Below, one piece after another: positions 8,852 to 20,053 of a stretch of DNA of 64,000 bases. Source of the DNA: Verrucomicrobiota bacterium (GTDB lineage: Bacteria > Verrucomicrobiota > Verrucomicrobiia > Opitutales > Coraliomargaritaceae); assembly GCA_039815375.1 (NCBI GenBank), contig JBCBZJ010000004.1, forward strand, positions 64,001-128,000, written 5' to 3'. A program made the position numbers and the translations under genes. The notes beneath the pieces are model-generated. The model was not told the origin of the DNA. It was given only the letters and a program-made list of their open reading frames with translations, and searched no databases. Each line of letters starts with the position of its first letter. Position 1 is the stretch's first letter.

Positions 8852-9811
8852 TTAGAGCTTGCGAAAAAAGCCGCCCAGTTCCCGCAACAACTCTTCGGCC
8901 TCTTCCTCTTGCTCAGGATAATCATGATGCCCGGCTCGTAGCACGAAGAGTTCCTTTTCTCCGGAAACCGCATTGTGAACCGCAAATTGCCCAGGTGGCG
9001 CGACCATTGGATCGAAGAGTGCGCAGGCAAAATGAACGGGCACGCGAATACGTTTTGCAGCCGTAGCTGCATCGTGATAAGAGAGCGTAATACTTACAAT
9101 CTCCGGTTTGCGACGGTGAAAAACCTGCACCGCAGCACCGCTACCTGTGGTTTGCAGCCGAAGGCGAAGCGCGTTGTTTCCGAAGCTCGGCACATTAAAA
9201 TGCGCCCTTTTAATACGGGAATCATAAGCGAGCGCCATTGCACCAATGCCTCCACCGAAACTGATACCCAAGAGTCCCACACGCCCGGAGCAGTGAGGAA
9301 AAAGCTGCAAAGCTGCAGAAACGCCGAGCCATACGTCCTCCACGCAACCACCGTGGATATAACGGGCAGGATCCTGTATATCATGGAGCACATGCCAGAG
9401 CGGATCAGGCGAGATTCGTTCGGACTTACTACGACTGATTCCCCGTGCGGTGGGAAAAAAAAGAGCTGTGTTCGGAAACTTCAGATGATAGTCCGGCTCT
9501 TCCCGGCCACCGTAGCCATGAAGAACAACAAGGACACGCTCAACCTTGCCTTCACGCGGAATCAGACACCATCCACCAATCTTCATCTCATCCGTAGAGG
9601 TATAGTGCAGATCGCACTCATGCCAGTATGCCGAAACATCCCTGCCCTTGCTCAACTTAGCATGAGGATCCAATCGGAGGGCAGACTTGTAACGCGTCTT
9701 CCAAAAGGTATCAAAATCTTGTGGCTCTTCGGCCACGCCAACAGAAAGCAGAGCCTCCAACGAATAACCGTAGGAAGGATCAAAGGGAAAGTCATGCTCC
9801 AGCTTCAGCAT
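8852..9811 (-). CDS. Acetylxylan esterase / cephalosporin-C deacetylase (CE7-like)
   Basis: EPQDFDTFW, VLHGYGG, GISFGGG, DPMVAPPGQFAVHN, GH. Confidence 0.88.
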   Translation of the reverse strand: MLKLEHDFPFDPSYGYSLEALLSVGVAEEPQDFDTFWKTRYKSALRLDPHAKLSKGRDVSAYWHECDLHYTSTDEMKIGGWCLIPREGKVERVLVVLHGYGGREEPDYHLKFPNTALFFPTARGISRSKSERISPDPLWHVLHDIQDPARYIHGGCVEDVWLGVSAALQLFPHCSGRVGLLGISFGGGIGAMALAYDSRIKRAHFNVPSFGNNALRLRLQTTGSGAAVQVFHRRKPEIVSITLSYHDAATAAKRIRVPVHFACALFDPMVAPPGQFAVHNAVSGEKELFVLRAGHHDYPEQEEEAEELLRELGGFFRKL

Positions 9812-9833
9812 ATGTCATCAGTCGTAGCGAAGA

Positions 9834-11054
9834 TCAGGCCAAACTAAGCGAAACCACATTCTCAATATGTCGCGTATGCGGGAATAGATCGAAGGGAAGG
9901 ATACGTGTGATCTTATAGCCGCCCGCAATAAAGTCCTTCAAGTCGCGGGCCTGGGTAGCAGGATCGCAAGAGACGTAGACAAGGCGCTGCGGCCTGTAGG
10001 CGAGCAACTGCTGGCGGAAGCTCTCGTCACACCCCTTACGCGGCGGATCGATGACCATCGCCGTCTCTTCCGGCTGGAACTTCAGTCCGTTGAAAATAGC
10101 TTCGGCCTTCCCAATAACAAAGCGCACGTTGCTGACGTTACTGATCCTCGCATTGGCCTGTGCCCAGCGAACAGCTGGTTCACTGATTTCCACACCTGCA
10201 ACCTGTTCGAAATTCCCAGCTGTCGACAGTGCAAATAGACCCACACCACAATAGGCATCCACTAGAAAACGCGCACCCTCGGCCACCGCCTCACTAGCCA
10301 CGTGATCGACCATATCGGGGAGAATGTAGGGATTATTCTGGAAGAACTCGCCGGCTTTAAACTGGAAAGTGACCTCTCCCACCCTTTCCGAAACAATAAC
10401 CTGTGGATCGGTGATCACACCCTCAATAACGTCACGAAGGAGTAGTGTGCCACCGCGTTGACGACGCTTCTTTCCGCCGGAGCGGCGCGCCTCACTACGA
10501 ACCTCGGGCAGAACCGTGTTGATCGCTTCAGTCGCAATCGGGCACTGTTCGACATCAATAATCTGTTTGCTGCAGCCGTGCTTGAGGAACCCAATCGGCT
10601 GTGAACCATTCTTGTCCGGACGGTTATAGTGAGGCGTGATCTTGGAACGGTAATGATAAACCCGCGGCGAACCATGCACCATTTCGACCGGATGATCGAT
10701 TTCACCAATCTTCTGCATCAGTTCTTCGACGTGTTTGGTTTTCTCCACAAGTTGACGCTTGTATTCAATGTGTTGATACTGGCAGCCACCACACGTTTGA
10801 TGGAGTGAGCAATTCGGATCGATTCGATCCTCCGAGGCTTCGAGAATCTCAACCAGATCAGCCTCCGAATAATTCTGGAAATTACGAAAAACCCGTGCCC
10901 TCACCCGCTCGCCCGGAATAACGAAGGGCACCATAACAACCCACCCGTCCACGCGCGCGACGCCTACCCCGAGATTGGTCAGACTCTCTATGCGCAGGTC
11001 GAGCTCCTGATGGTATTCGAAGGGCTCGGCCAGAAAGTTTTTTGGCACTTGCAT
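9834..11054 (-). CDS. rlmD: TRAM-domain RNA (uracil-5-)-methyltransferase, RlmD/RumA-like
   Basis: TRAM domain; C-x5-CGGC…C Fe-S motif; FFQNN, DAYCGVGLF, IDPPRKG, YVSCDP, DLFPHTRHIE. Confidence 0.85.
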   Translation of the reverse strand: MQVPKNFLAEPFEYHQELDLRIESLTNLGVGVARVDGWVVMVPFVIPGERVRARVFRNFQNYSEADLVEILEASEDRIDPNCSLHQTCGGCQYQHIEYKRQLVEKTKHVEELMQKIGEIDHPVEMVHGSPRVYHYRSKITPHYNRPDKNGSQPIGFLKHGCSKQIIDVEQCPIATEAINTVLPEVRSEARRSGGKKRRQRGGTLLLRDVIEGVITDPQVIVSERVGEVTFQFKAGEFFQNNPYILPDMVDHVASEAVAEGARFLVDAYCGVGLFALSTAGNFEQVAGVEISEPAVRWAQANARISNVSNVRFVIGKAEAIFNGLKFQPEETAMVIDPPRKGCDESFRQQLLAYRPQRLVYVSCDPATQARDLKDFIAGGYKITRILPFDLFPHTRHIENVVSLSLA

Positions 11055-11110
11055 CGGTATGGCCTCCTGTATGGAACTCCTTCCTGCAATCCAAAAGTGC
11101 GCGAAACCGG

Positions 11111-11914
11111 ATGATCGAACCCTACATCAAGAGCCGCCAGAACGAGCAAATCAAGAATCTAGTCAAGCTGCGCGAACGTAAACATCGCGACCGGCAGGAA
11201 CGCTTTCTCGTAGAAGGACTACGAGAAACCGGTCACGCGCTGGGCGCCGGCTTTGAGGTCGAACAGCTCTATTTCTGCCCTGAGTTTTTCCCCTCCGGAG
11301 AACATCGCGAGTTCATCGATGAGCTCCGCCGCCAAGGTAGGATTCCACTTGCCCGACTCAGCGAAGAGGCTTTCGAAAAGGCCAGCCACCGCGAAGGGCC
11401 TGACGGTATTCTTGCCCTTGCCCAGCAACAGGGCAACTCGCTGTCGGACCTCAAGCTAAACCAGACGCCGCTGCTCCTTGTCGTCGAGGGCATCGAGAAA
11501 CCGGGCAATCTTGGCGCACTCTTGCGAAGTGCCGATGGTGCCGGTGTGGACGCGGTGATCCTGCTCGATTGCGTGCTCGACCTCTACAACCCAAATGCAA
11601 TTCGCTCATCGCAGGGCCTTGTTTTTGCCTTACCGATTGTAAGCTGCCAGCGCGGGAAACTTCACGAATGGATTCTCGAAAAAGGAATCTCTTCCTGCGC
11701 AACGACACCGGATACCGAAACGATGCATTGGGATGTCGACTTTCGGAAGCCGACCGCACTGCTACTGGGCAGTGAAAGCGATGGACTGAGCGACTACTGG
11801 CTCAAGCACGCCGAAAATCAGATCCATATCCCGATGTGCGGCCGGGCGGATTCTCTGAACGTGGCCGCGGCAGCAGCAGTCTGTCTCTACGAAGCGAGGC
11901 GACAACGAAGTTAG
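11111..11914 (+). CDS. TrmH/SpoU-family RNA 2'-O-methyltransferase
   Basis: IEKPGNLGALLRSADGAG, LGSESDGLS, IPMCGRADSLNVAAA; start at ATG 11111. Confidence 0.92.
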   Translation: MIEPYIKSRQNEQIKNLVKLRERKHRDRQERFLVEGLRETGHALGAGFEVEQLYFCPEFFPSGEHREFIDELRRQGRIPLARLSEEAFEKASHREGPDGILALAQQQGNSLSDLKLNQTPLLLVVEGIEKPGNLGALLRSADGAGVDAVILLDCVLDLYNPNAIRSSQGLVFALPIVSCQRGKLHEWILEKGISSCATTPDTETMHWDVDFRKPTALLLGSESDGLSDYWLKHAENQIHIPMCGRADSLNVAAAAAVCLYEARRQRS

Positions 11915-13248
11915 GCCCCAAGGCTGGGATCTTTTCGCACCACATCAAGAATCACTTCGCGCAGACTCTTCAGCGTGACGGGTTTTGGCAAAAAGTAGTT
12001 CATACCCGCCTTCTTGAACTTACTTTCATCCGAAAGCGTGCTGAAGGCAGTCACGGCAACGATCGGCACTGTGGTCCCGAACTCGCCGACCTCACCATTT
12101 CTCAATGCACGCGAGGCACTGATTCCATCCATGATCGGCATGTCGATATCCATCAAAATCATGTCATAGGACGTGGACTGGCTGACGTAATCAAGCAGCT
12201 CCTGGCCGTTCGTCGCGAAATGCGCCTCCTGCCCCATCAGTTCCAGAACGGCTGCCATCAAGCTGCGTGCCAGAGGATCGTCCTCGGCTACGAGAATCGA
12301 GAGTTGGAAAGGCAATTCCTTCACCGCCTTCGCGGGTGCGCTCTTCGTCTCCAGGGAAAGCCCTCCAATCGGCAACTTGGCCGATGGCGATGCCTGCATC
12401 TGCTTCATTTCGAAGGAAATCTTCGTATCCACTCCACCGTGTTCCATCGGTTGCGAATCCATCACTCCATTGTATCGCTCCAGAAGCATGTTCGAAACAG
12501 CCCAGTAGAGATACTCCATTTTGATGCGTGAATGATTTTCACCCGTTGTGAGGCCGTCAGCAGTTTGTATTTTCTGCCAACGATCATCCGAATATTGTTC
12601 GAGCGGGTTCTGGATTTGAATGTGAATCCTGCCACTCATGCTTTTCCAAGCCAAGGTAAACACCTGTTGTTCGTTTGGCAGCTCAGTCAGTGAGATGCAC
12701 TCAAGCGAACCGAGGACGGCATTCTCAACGATATTCTTCAGGTGGTCGTAATCGCCGCGGAGACGTAGCGTCTTGTCCTGATGCTCAAGTTGTATACGAA
12801 CACCCCGCAATTGAGCCCGGAAATCTAAATTCTTCTTAACCTGCTCCAAGAGTTCAAAGGGGCTGACCCATTCGCGGTATTCAGGGAGATCTTCTAATTC
12901 AGACTTGATTTTCGTATGGTTTACCAGAGTGCTTAAGACCGCCAGCATATGACGCGCACAGCCTTCAATCGCCTGTAGATCTTCGTCTTCTTTCTCTTCA
13001 TTGAGAATTTGAACGACGCCAAGAAGTCCGTTCAATGGAGTTCGAAGCTCATGAGAAAGCGTGGCAAAAAGGGCGTCCGAACCAATAATTTCTGCCTCCG
13101 CAGGGGTGGGAGGAGAAACAATTTCTACAGGCGGTTCGACTGGGGCAGAGTCAAGTTGGCTTAGCTTCTTCTTCTGCTGCAATACAATCAGCGACAGAGA
13201 CGCAATGATAACTAGGGAAAATAATAGAGCAACGAAAACCACCAACAC
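11911..13248 (-). CDS. Hybrid HisKA-(degenerate HATPase)-receiver protein with one N-terminal TM and no sensor domain
   Basis: H-box SHELRTPLNG; receiver ILVAEDD…ILMDIDMP…AVTA…LPKPV; N/G1/F/G2 boxes eroded. Confidence 0.85.
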   Translation of the reverse strand: MLVVFVALLFSLVIIASLSLIVLQQKKKLSQLDSAPVEPPVEIVSPPTPAEAEIIGSDALFATLSHELRTPLNGLLGVVQILNEEKEDEDLQAIEGCARHMLAVLSTLVNHTKIKSELEDLPEYREWVSPFELLEQVKKNLDFRAQLRGVRIQLEHQDKTLRLRGDYDHLKNIVENAVLGSLECISLTELPNEQQVFTLAWKSMSGRIHIQIQNPLEQYSDDRWQKIQTADGLTTGENHSRIKMEYLYWAVSNMLLERYNGVMDSQPMEHGGVDTKISFEMKQMQASPSAKLPIGGLSLETKSAPAKAVKELPFQLSILVAEDDPLARSLMAAVLELMGQEAHFATNGQELLDYVSQSTSYDMILMDIDMPIMDGISASRALRNGEVGEFGTTVPIVAVTAFSTLSDESKFKKAGMNYFLPKPVTLKSLREVILDVVRKDPSLGA

Positions 13249-13302
13249 TTGAATTTAGAGTGACGAGAGCCGATTCGTCAACGATAAGCCCAGTGAAAAC
13301 CT

Positions 13303-14295
13303 CTAATAGCCTCTCGACTTCAAATCATCAATGGTCTCGCGAAGCGCATCTGCCATTTCATAGCTTGGATTAAAGCCGAATTGTTCTTTAGCCGCATTCA
13401 GATCAAAGAAGTGGTCCTTGGCCAACTCCACGGCAACAAAGCGAGTAATCGGTGGCTCACCCTCTTTCCTGAAACATTTCCATACCATCTCGGCCAAGGC
13501 ACCCGCTGTATAGGCAAGAGGCAGGGGAATTTTTTTTGTTAATGGTGGCTGGCCAAGTCCTTCGAGAACGTGATTCAACCATGGCCAGATCTCGACGGGC
13601 TCACCTTGCGAAATGAAGTAGGCGCTTCCCGCACCGCGTCCTGTTGCAAGCGCATCGAAAGCTTTAATGTGTGCGGTGGCGACGTCCTTGACAAAGGAGA
13701 CATCGACACGGTTAGAACCATCACCGACTATCTTCAAGCGGCCTGCTTTGACACTTTCCACCACACGAGGCAGCAAATGTGGATCACCGGGGCCAAAAAT
13801 AAGGTGCGGCCTCAGGGCAACAACCTTCAGCTGCTCCGAGTTTGCCGACAAGGCCTCCTGTTCTGCGATCGCCTTGGTGTGGGCATAATGACAGAGCCAA
13901 TCTTTGCCATAGGGCAGTTCGTTGCCTTGCCCGGTGAACGACTGCCGATTGAAGACCACACTGGGGGTGCTGGTATAAACGAGCCGGCCTACTTCATGCG
14001 CTCTACATGCTTCAACCACATTTCTCGTGCCGATGACATTGGCCTGGTGGTAACTCTCCCATGAACCCCATACTCCAGCTTTGGCTGCAATATGAAACAC
14101 CGCGTCAACTCCGGCCACGGCATCATTTAAAGCCCCGGCTTCAGCAAGGTCGCCACAACGCACGTCGACGCCCTTCTCTTTCAAAGCAGGCTGCGGAGAA
14201 CGGCCGAAACTTCGAACCTTATAACCTTCTTTCAAAAGCAGGTCGACGACATAGCCTCCGACAAAACCACCACCACCTGTAACCAAAATCTGCAT
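13303..14295 (-). CDS. oleD: 2-alkyl-3-oxoalkanoate reductase OleD (extended SDR)
   Basis: MQILVTGGGGFVG, HIAAKAGVWG, YTSTPSVVF, HYAHTKAIAE, LRPHLIFGPGD; directly after oleC. Confidence 0.85.
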   Translation of the reverse strand: MQILVTGGGGFVGGYVVDLLLKEGYKVRSFGRSPQPALKEKGVDVRCGDLAEAGALNDAVAGVDAVFHIAAKAGVWGSWESYHQANVIGTRNVVEACRAHEVGRLVYTSTPSVVFNRQSFTGQGNELPYGKDWLCHYAHTKAIAEQEALSANSEQLKVVALRPHLIFGPGDPHLLPRVVESVKAGRLKIVGDGSNRVDVSFVKDVATAHIKAFDALATGRGAGSAYFISQGEPVEIWPWLNHVLEGLGQPPLTKKIPLPLAYTAGALAEMVWKCFRKEGEPPITRFVAVELAKDHFFDLNAAKEQFGFNPSYEMADALRETIDDLKSRGY

Positions 14296-14305
14296 ACGCT
14301 TACCG

Positions 14306-15925
14306 CTATTTGCCGTGATACTTTTTCGCAAGTGACAAGCGATGGATCTTGGCGTTGTGCCGGACGTCGACAGGAAAAGCTCTTTCAAAAAAGAAGCGGT
14401 CGATGGCTTCCGTAATTGGGTTGGCCTTTGCAAGTTTTCCAAGCTCGAGCCGCAAGGCTTCTTCCGCTCCGCTGCCAACCGGATAAGAAGAACTCTCCGG
14501 CTCAATAACAATCGCTGGAGTTCCGCCGCCGACATCGATCAATGCGGAACGATACACGCTCGGGTGCATGTTGAAAATTGCCTCGCAACAATCAGTGTAG
14601 AGAGGCCCACGCAGCGTCATAACCCGTTCGGCGATACGACCGCAGAACCAGATGCGGCCGGATGCATCCAACTTACCCAGATCACCCATGCGATGCCAAT
14701 GTGAGCCTTCGCCCGTGATTTTAGATTTCGCATCAGCCTCGGACAGCTGATCATAGCCTTTCGTCACAGACGGTCCATTGACAATCAACTCGCCAATTTC
14801 TCCCACCGGCAAAGCTTCGATCTCATCGATTGATCCAACCGGGCCATCAACTGCCCTAACAACGCGAACTTCAACGCCGGGCAGAGGCTTACCCACACAA
14901 GTGCCTTCACCATTCTCCGTCTGGGCAGCGGTCTCCTCCAAGACCTCGGTCGCTGTTGTTGAGCTGACCGGTAGCGCCTCAGTAGCACCATAGGGAGTAT
15001 GGATCTCCCCATTGGGAATGATCGACTGCATCTCTGCCATCAAGGCAGGCGGCACGGGCGCGCCGGCCATGAGAATTCGACGGATCGTTGGCAGGGTGAT
15101 TTCATTCGCTCCGCAGTAGCGCGCAATCTTGGTCCAAAGCGCGGGGGAGCCGAAGCTGTTGGTCACCCCGTTCTGCTGGATAGCGCGGACAATTTTCTCG
15201 GGATCAACCGTCGCCGGACGGCTTGGATTCATTTCAGGCACTACGGTGCACATGCCCAGTGCAGGATTGAATAAGGCAAAAACCGGCAGCATCGGCAGGT
15301 CCGTTTCACCGGGCTCGATTCCATACTGGTCGCGGATTGCATTTACCTGGGCAAGGAACATCCCGTGCTCGTAGAGCACGCCCTTCGCTGGACCTGTAGA
15401 ACCAGAAGTAAAGAGTATCGCGGCAAGCTCATCCGCAGCAGAATCCACCACAGAAAATCCACCAGCACCTGCCTGGACTCTAAGTTTCTTTTCGAAGTTC
15501 TTGCTGATTAGGACTTTGACGGAGACCCCCTTGAAACTGGGCCTGAAGATACGTGCGATCCAGATTGCAGCCGGAATGCCTACAACCGCTTCCGGCCTAG
15601 AATGCCGCACACAGCGAAGGAAACGATTCAGCCCCATGCCGGGATCAATCACAATTGGAACGGCCCCTATCTTAAAAAGTGCAAACACCACCCGGATCAA
15701 GTCGAGTCCCGGCTTCACCATAAGTAGAACGCGCGTGCCCCTCGAAATGCCCTGATGATTGAAATGGTGCGCAGCAGCCGATGCATCCGCCTCGAGCTCC
15801 GAAAAGCTGCGCGAGACGTAGTCGATAGAACCATCTGGAAGCCTACCGACAGGTGCACGCACGGCAGCTCCATTGGGTTGATGTGCTGCTTGTTCAGCTA
15901 GAAAGTGAGCGACGTTGTGAGGCAT
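14306..15925 (-). CDS. oleC: Olefin beta-lactone synthetase OleC (AMP-binding superfamily)
   Basis: FTSGSTGPAKGV, TPYGATEALPV, HRMGD, C-terminal FPVDVRHNAKIHR typical of OleC; start at ATG 15925. Confidence 0.88.
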   Translation of the reverse strand: MPHNVAHFLAEQAAHQPNGAAVRAPVGRLPDGSIDYVSRSFSELEADASAAAHHFNHQGISRGTRVLLMVKPGLDLIRVVFALFKIGAVPIVIDPGMGLNRFLRCVRHSRPEAVVGIPAAIWIARIFRPSFKGVSVKVLISKNFEKKLRVQAGAGGFSVVDSAADELAAILFTSGSTGPAKGVLYEHGMFLAQVNAIRDQYGIEPGETDLPMLPVFALFNPALGMCTVVPEMNPSRPATVDPEKIVRAIQQNGVTNSFGSPALWTKIARYCGANEITLPTIRRILMAGAPVPPALMAEMQSIIPNGEIHTPYGATEALPVSSTTATEVLEETAAQTENGEGTCVGKPLPGVEVRVVRAVDGPVGSIDEIEALPVGEIGELIVNGPSVTKGYDQLSEADAKSKITGEGSHWHRMGDLGKLDASGRIWFCGRIAERVMTLRGPLYTDCCEAIFNMHPSVYRSALIDVGGGTPAIVIEPESSSYPVGSGAEEALRLELGKLAKANPITEAIDRFFFERAFPVDVRHNAKIHRLSLAKKYHGK

Positions 15926-15930
15926 AAAAA

Positions 15931-16001
15931 GGTAGGGAGGGCTGCCCACAGCCGTCCAGATTGTGAGTCAAGTTCCTCCAAGGCTTGAGAGCAAGCCTAC
16001 C
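15931..16001. repeat. Inverted GGTAG-type REP doublet
   Basis: GGTAG plus hairpin GGAgGGCTG-ccca-CAGCCgTCC (15931-15957); inverted copy GGTAGGCTTG-ctct-CAAGCCT (15981-16001). Confidence 0.6.
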
Positions 16002-16011
16002 GTGATCCAAA

Positions 16012-16047
16012 TAAAAAAACGGCCATCCCGTAAAGGATGGCCGTTTG
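16012..16047 (-). terminator. Rho-independent terminator of amtB-glnK
   Basis: Stem AAACGGCCATCC/GGATGGCCGTTT followed by a T-run on the minus strand, about 30 bp after the glnK stop. Confidence 0.9.
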
Positions 16048-16075
16048 TTCAATCAAGAGAATTCTCTCGGTCAGG

Positions 16076-16423
<348 letters not shown>

Positions 16424-16461
16424 TTATCTAATGGTTATGTGGTTAATTGGCTGGGCAAGAC

Positions 16462-17877
16462 TTAGCGAGCAGATGCTGCGAAGTCAGGATAAGCTTCTTG
16501 GCCGTGCTCACCGATGTCGAGACCTTCAGCCTCTTCCTCAGCAGATACACGGATGCCGATTGTGAACTTCAGGATACCAAAGACGATGATCGAGAAGATG
16601 AAGGCAGCAGCACCAACGGCAGCAACACCGATGAACTGGCCGACGATGGTGTAGCCGTTATCACCTGTGTCAAAGAGAGCACAAGCGAGGATACCCCAGA
16701 TACCACAAACACCGTGAACCGAGATGGCACCGACTGGGTCGTCGATCTTGATCTTGTCGAAGAAGATAATCGAGAAAACCACGATGATACCTGCGATCAA
16801 ACCGATGATGATCGAACCACCAACAGAAACGATGTCCGCGTTGGCAGTGATACCAACCAGACCAGCAAGAATACCATTAAGAGCCATGGAAAGGTCAGGC
16901 TTCTTGAGGAAGATCCAGGAAACAGCAATAGCAGCAAGTGCACCGGCAGCTGCTGCAAGCGCAGTGGTGGTGAATACAAGACCAACGTATGTTGGGTCTG
17001 CGGAGAGAACGGAACCGCCGTTGAATCCAAACCAGCCAAGGAAAAGGAGGAAGACACCAATCGTAGCGAGTGGCATGGAGTGGCCAAGGATCGGCTTGAT
17101 CTTGCCATCAACATACTTGCCGGCACGTGGCCCAAGCAACATGACACAAGCGAGGGCAGCAAAACCACCAAACGCGTGAACAACAGCAGAACCAGCGAAG
17201 TCCTTGAAACCAGCATCGCCGTTAAGACCGCCGAGCCAGCCACCGCCCCAGTGCCAGGAACCTACAACCGGGTAGGCCACGCCAACGAGAAGGACGGAGA
17301 AAATCATGAATGAGGAGAGCTTTACACGCTCAGCGACTGCACCGGAAACAATGGTGGCCGCAGTCGCAGCAAACATAGCCTGGAAGATGAAGTCACCATA
17401 GCCTGTCATCGCAAGGCCAACACCGCCATAGCCGAAGGTGTCACCACCGTCTGCGTTCAGGTCTCCAATCATGGAGCCCCAGGCAAACCAGCCGTTGAAG
17501 TCACCAGGATAGTGTGTGTTGAAACCTGCAAGGGCGTAGGTAATAAGACCAATCGAAATGATAAACACGTTCTTGAACATAATGTTCACGGTGTTCTTCG
17601 ACTGAGTCAGGCCTGCTTCAAGCGTTGCGAAGCCGAGGTGCATGATGAAAACGAGGGCCGCTGCAATGACAGTCCACAACATGGAAGTTGTGAAGAAGTC
17701 GAAAGCATAAGCGTATTCACCCTGGTTTTCCAAGAGAGCAAGATAGTCCGCAGCAAGCTCGTCGCCAGCAGCGACGGCGGCAGCGGCATCTGCCATCGGA
17801 TCTGCCACTGCGGTCGTCGCGCTAAAAAGCGCAACTCCGCCGAGGAGCAGAGCGAGAAGGTATTTCTTAATCTTCAT
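16462..17877 (-). CDS. amtB: Ammonium transporter
   Basis: FIFQAMFAATAATIVSGAVAER, DFAGSAVVH, WFGFNGGS, DDPVGAISVHG; likely start MKIKKYLL (17877) with a signal peptide. Confidence 0.96.
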   Translation of the reverse strand: MKIKKYLLALLLGGVALFSATTAVADPMADAAAAVAAGDELAADYLALLENQGEYAYAFDFFTTSMLWTVIAAALVFIMHLGFATLEAGLTQSKNTVNIMFKNVFIISIGLITYALAGFNTHYPGDFNGWFAWGSMIGDLNADGGDTFGYGGVGLAMTGYGDFIFQAMFAATAATIVSGAVAERVKLSSFMIFSVLLVGVAYPVVGSWHWGGGWLGGLNGDAGFKDFAGSAVVHAFGGFAALACVMLLGPRAGKYVDGKIKPILGHSMPLATIGVFLLFLGWFGFNGGSVLSADPTYVGLVFTTTALAAAAGALAAIAVSWIFLKKPDLSMALNGILAGLVGITANADIVSVGGSIIIGLIAGIIVVFSIIFFDKIKIDDPVGAISVHGVCGIWGILACALFDTGDNGYTIVGQFIGVAAVGAAAFIFSIIVFGILKFTIGIRVSAEEEAEGLDIGEHGQEAYPDFAASAR

Positions 17878-17974
17878 TATATATCTAGTCAGGTTATTGC
17901 TATTTTTAGGAGTTGAGTCGGACATCGTTTTGATGACGACTGGAACGCGGTTAAATGTCGCGAGCGTGATTAGC

Positions 17975-17991
17975 AGCATCCCTTGTGCCAA
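17975..17991 (-). promoter_or_regulatory. Sigma54 (-24/-12) promoter of amtB-glnK
   Basis: Minus strand TTGGCAC-AAGGG-ATGCT; correct GG-N10-GC spacing, about 100 bp upstream of amtB. Confidence 0.8.
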
Positions 17992-18155
17992 CTACTAAAT
18001 ACCACTTCCAATGAGGCACTAAAGCAAACGCTTCTGGCATGGATTTGTTCGACACTGAATCCGTTAAACTCTTCTGATAAACGACTTATGGAGTTCTGTT
18101 AAATTTAGAGTAAATTTGTGTCCAAAATTCACCACGCGAAAATACCTGCCATTGG

Positions 18156-20037
<1,882 letters not shown>

Positions 20038-20053
20038 CTTCTCACTTTTTTTA

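Noticed and set aside
8975..9847. 290-aa ORF antisense to the acetylxylan esterase
   Set aside because: Shadow ORF with no motifs. The same reasoning applies to 318..878, 11836..12531, 22079..22759, 36346..37125 and the other short overlapping ORFs.
16447..17313. 288-aa plus-strand ORF antisense to amtB
   Set aside because: Fully overlaps a clear amtB; its D/T/N-rich composition is the mirror of biased hydrophobic codons.
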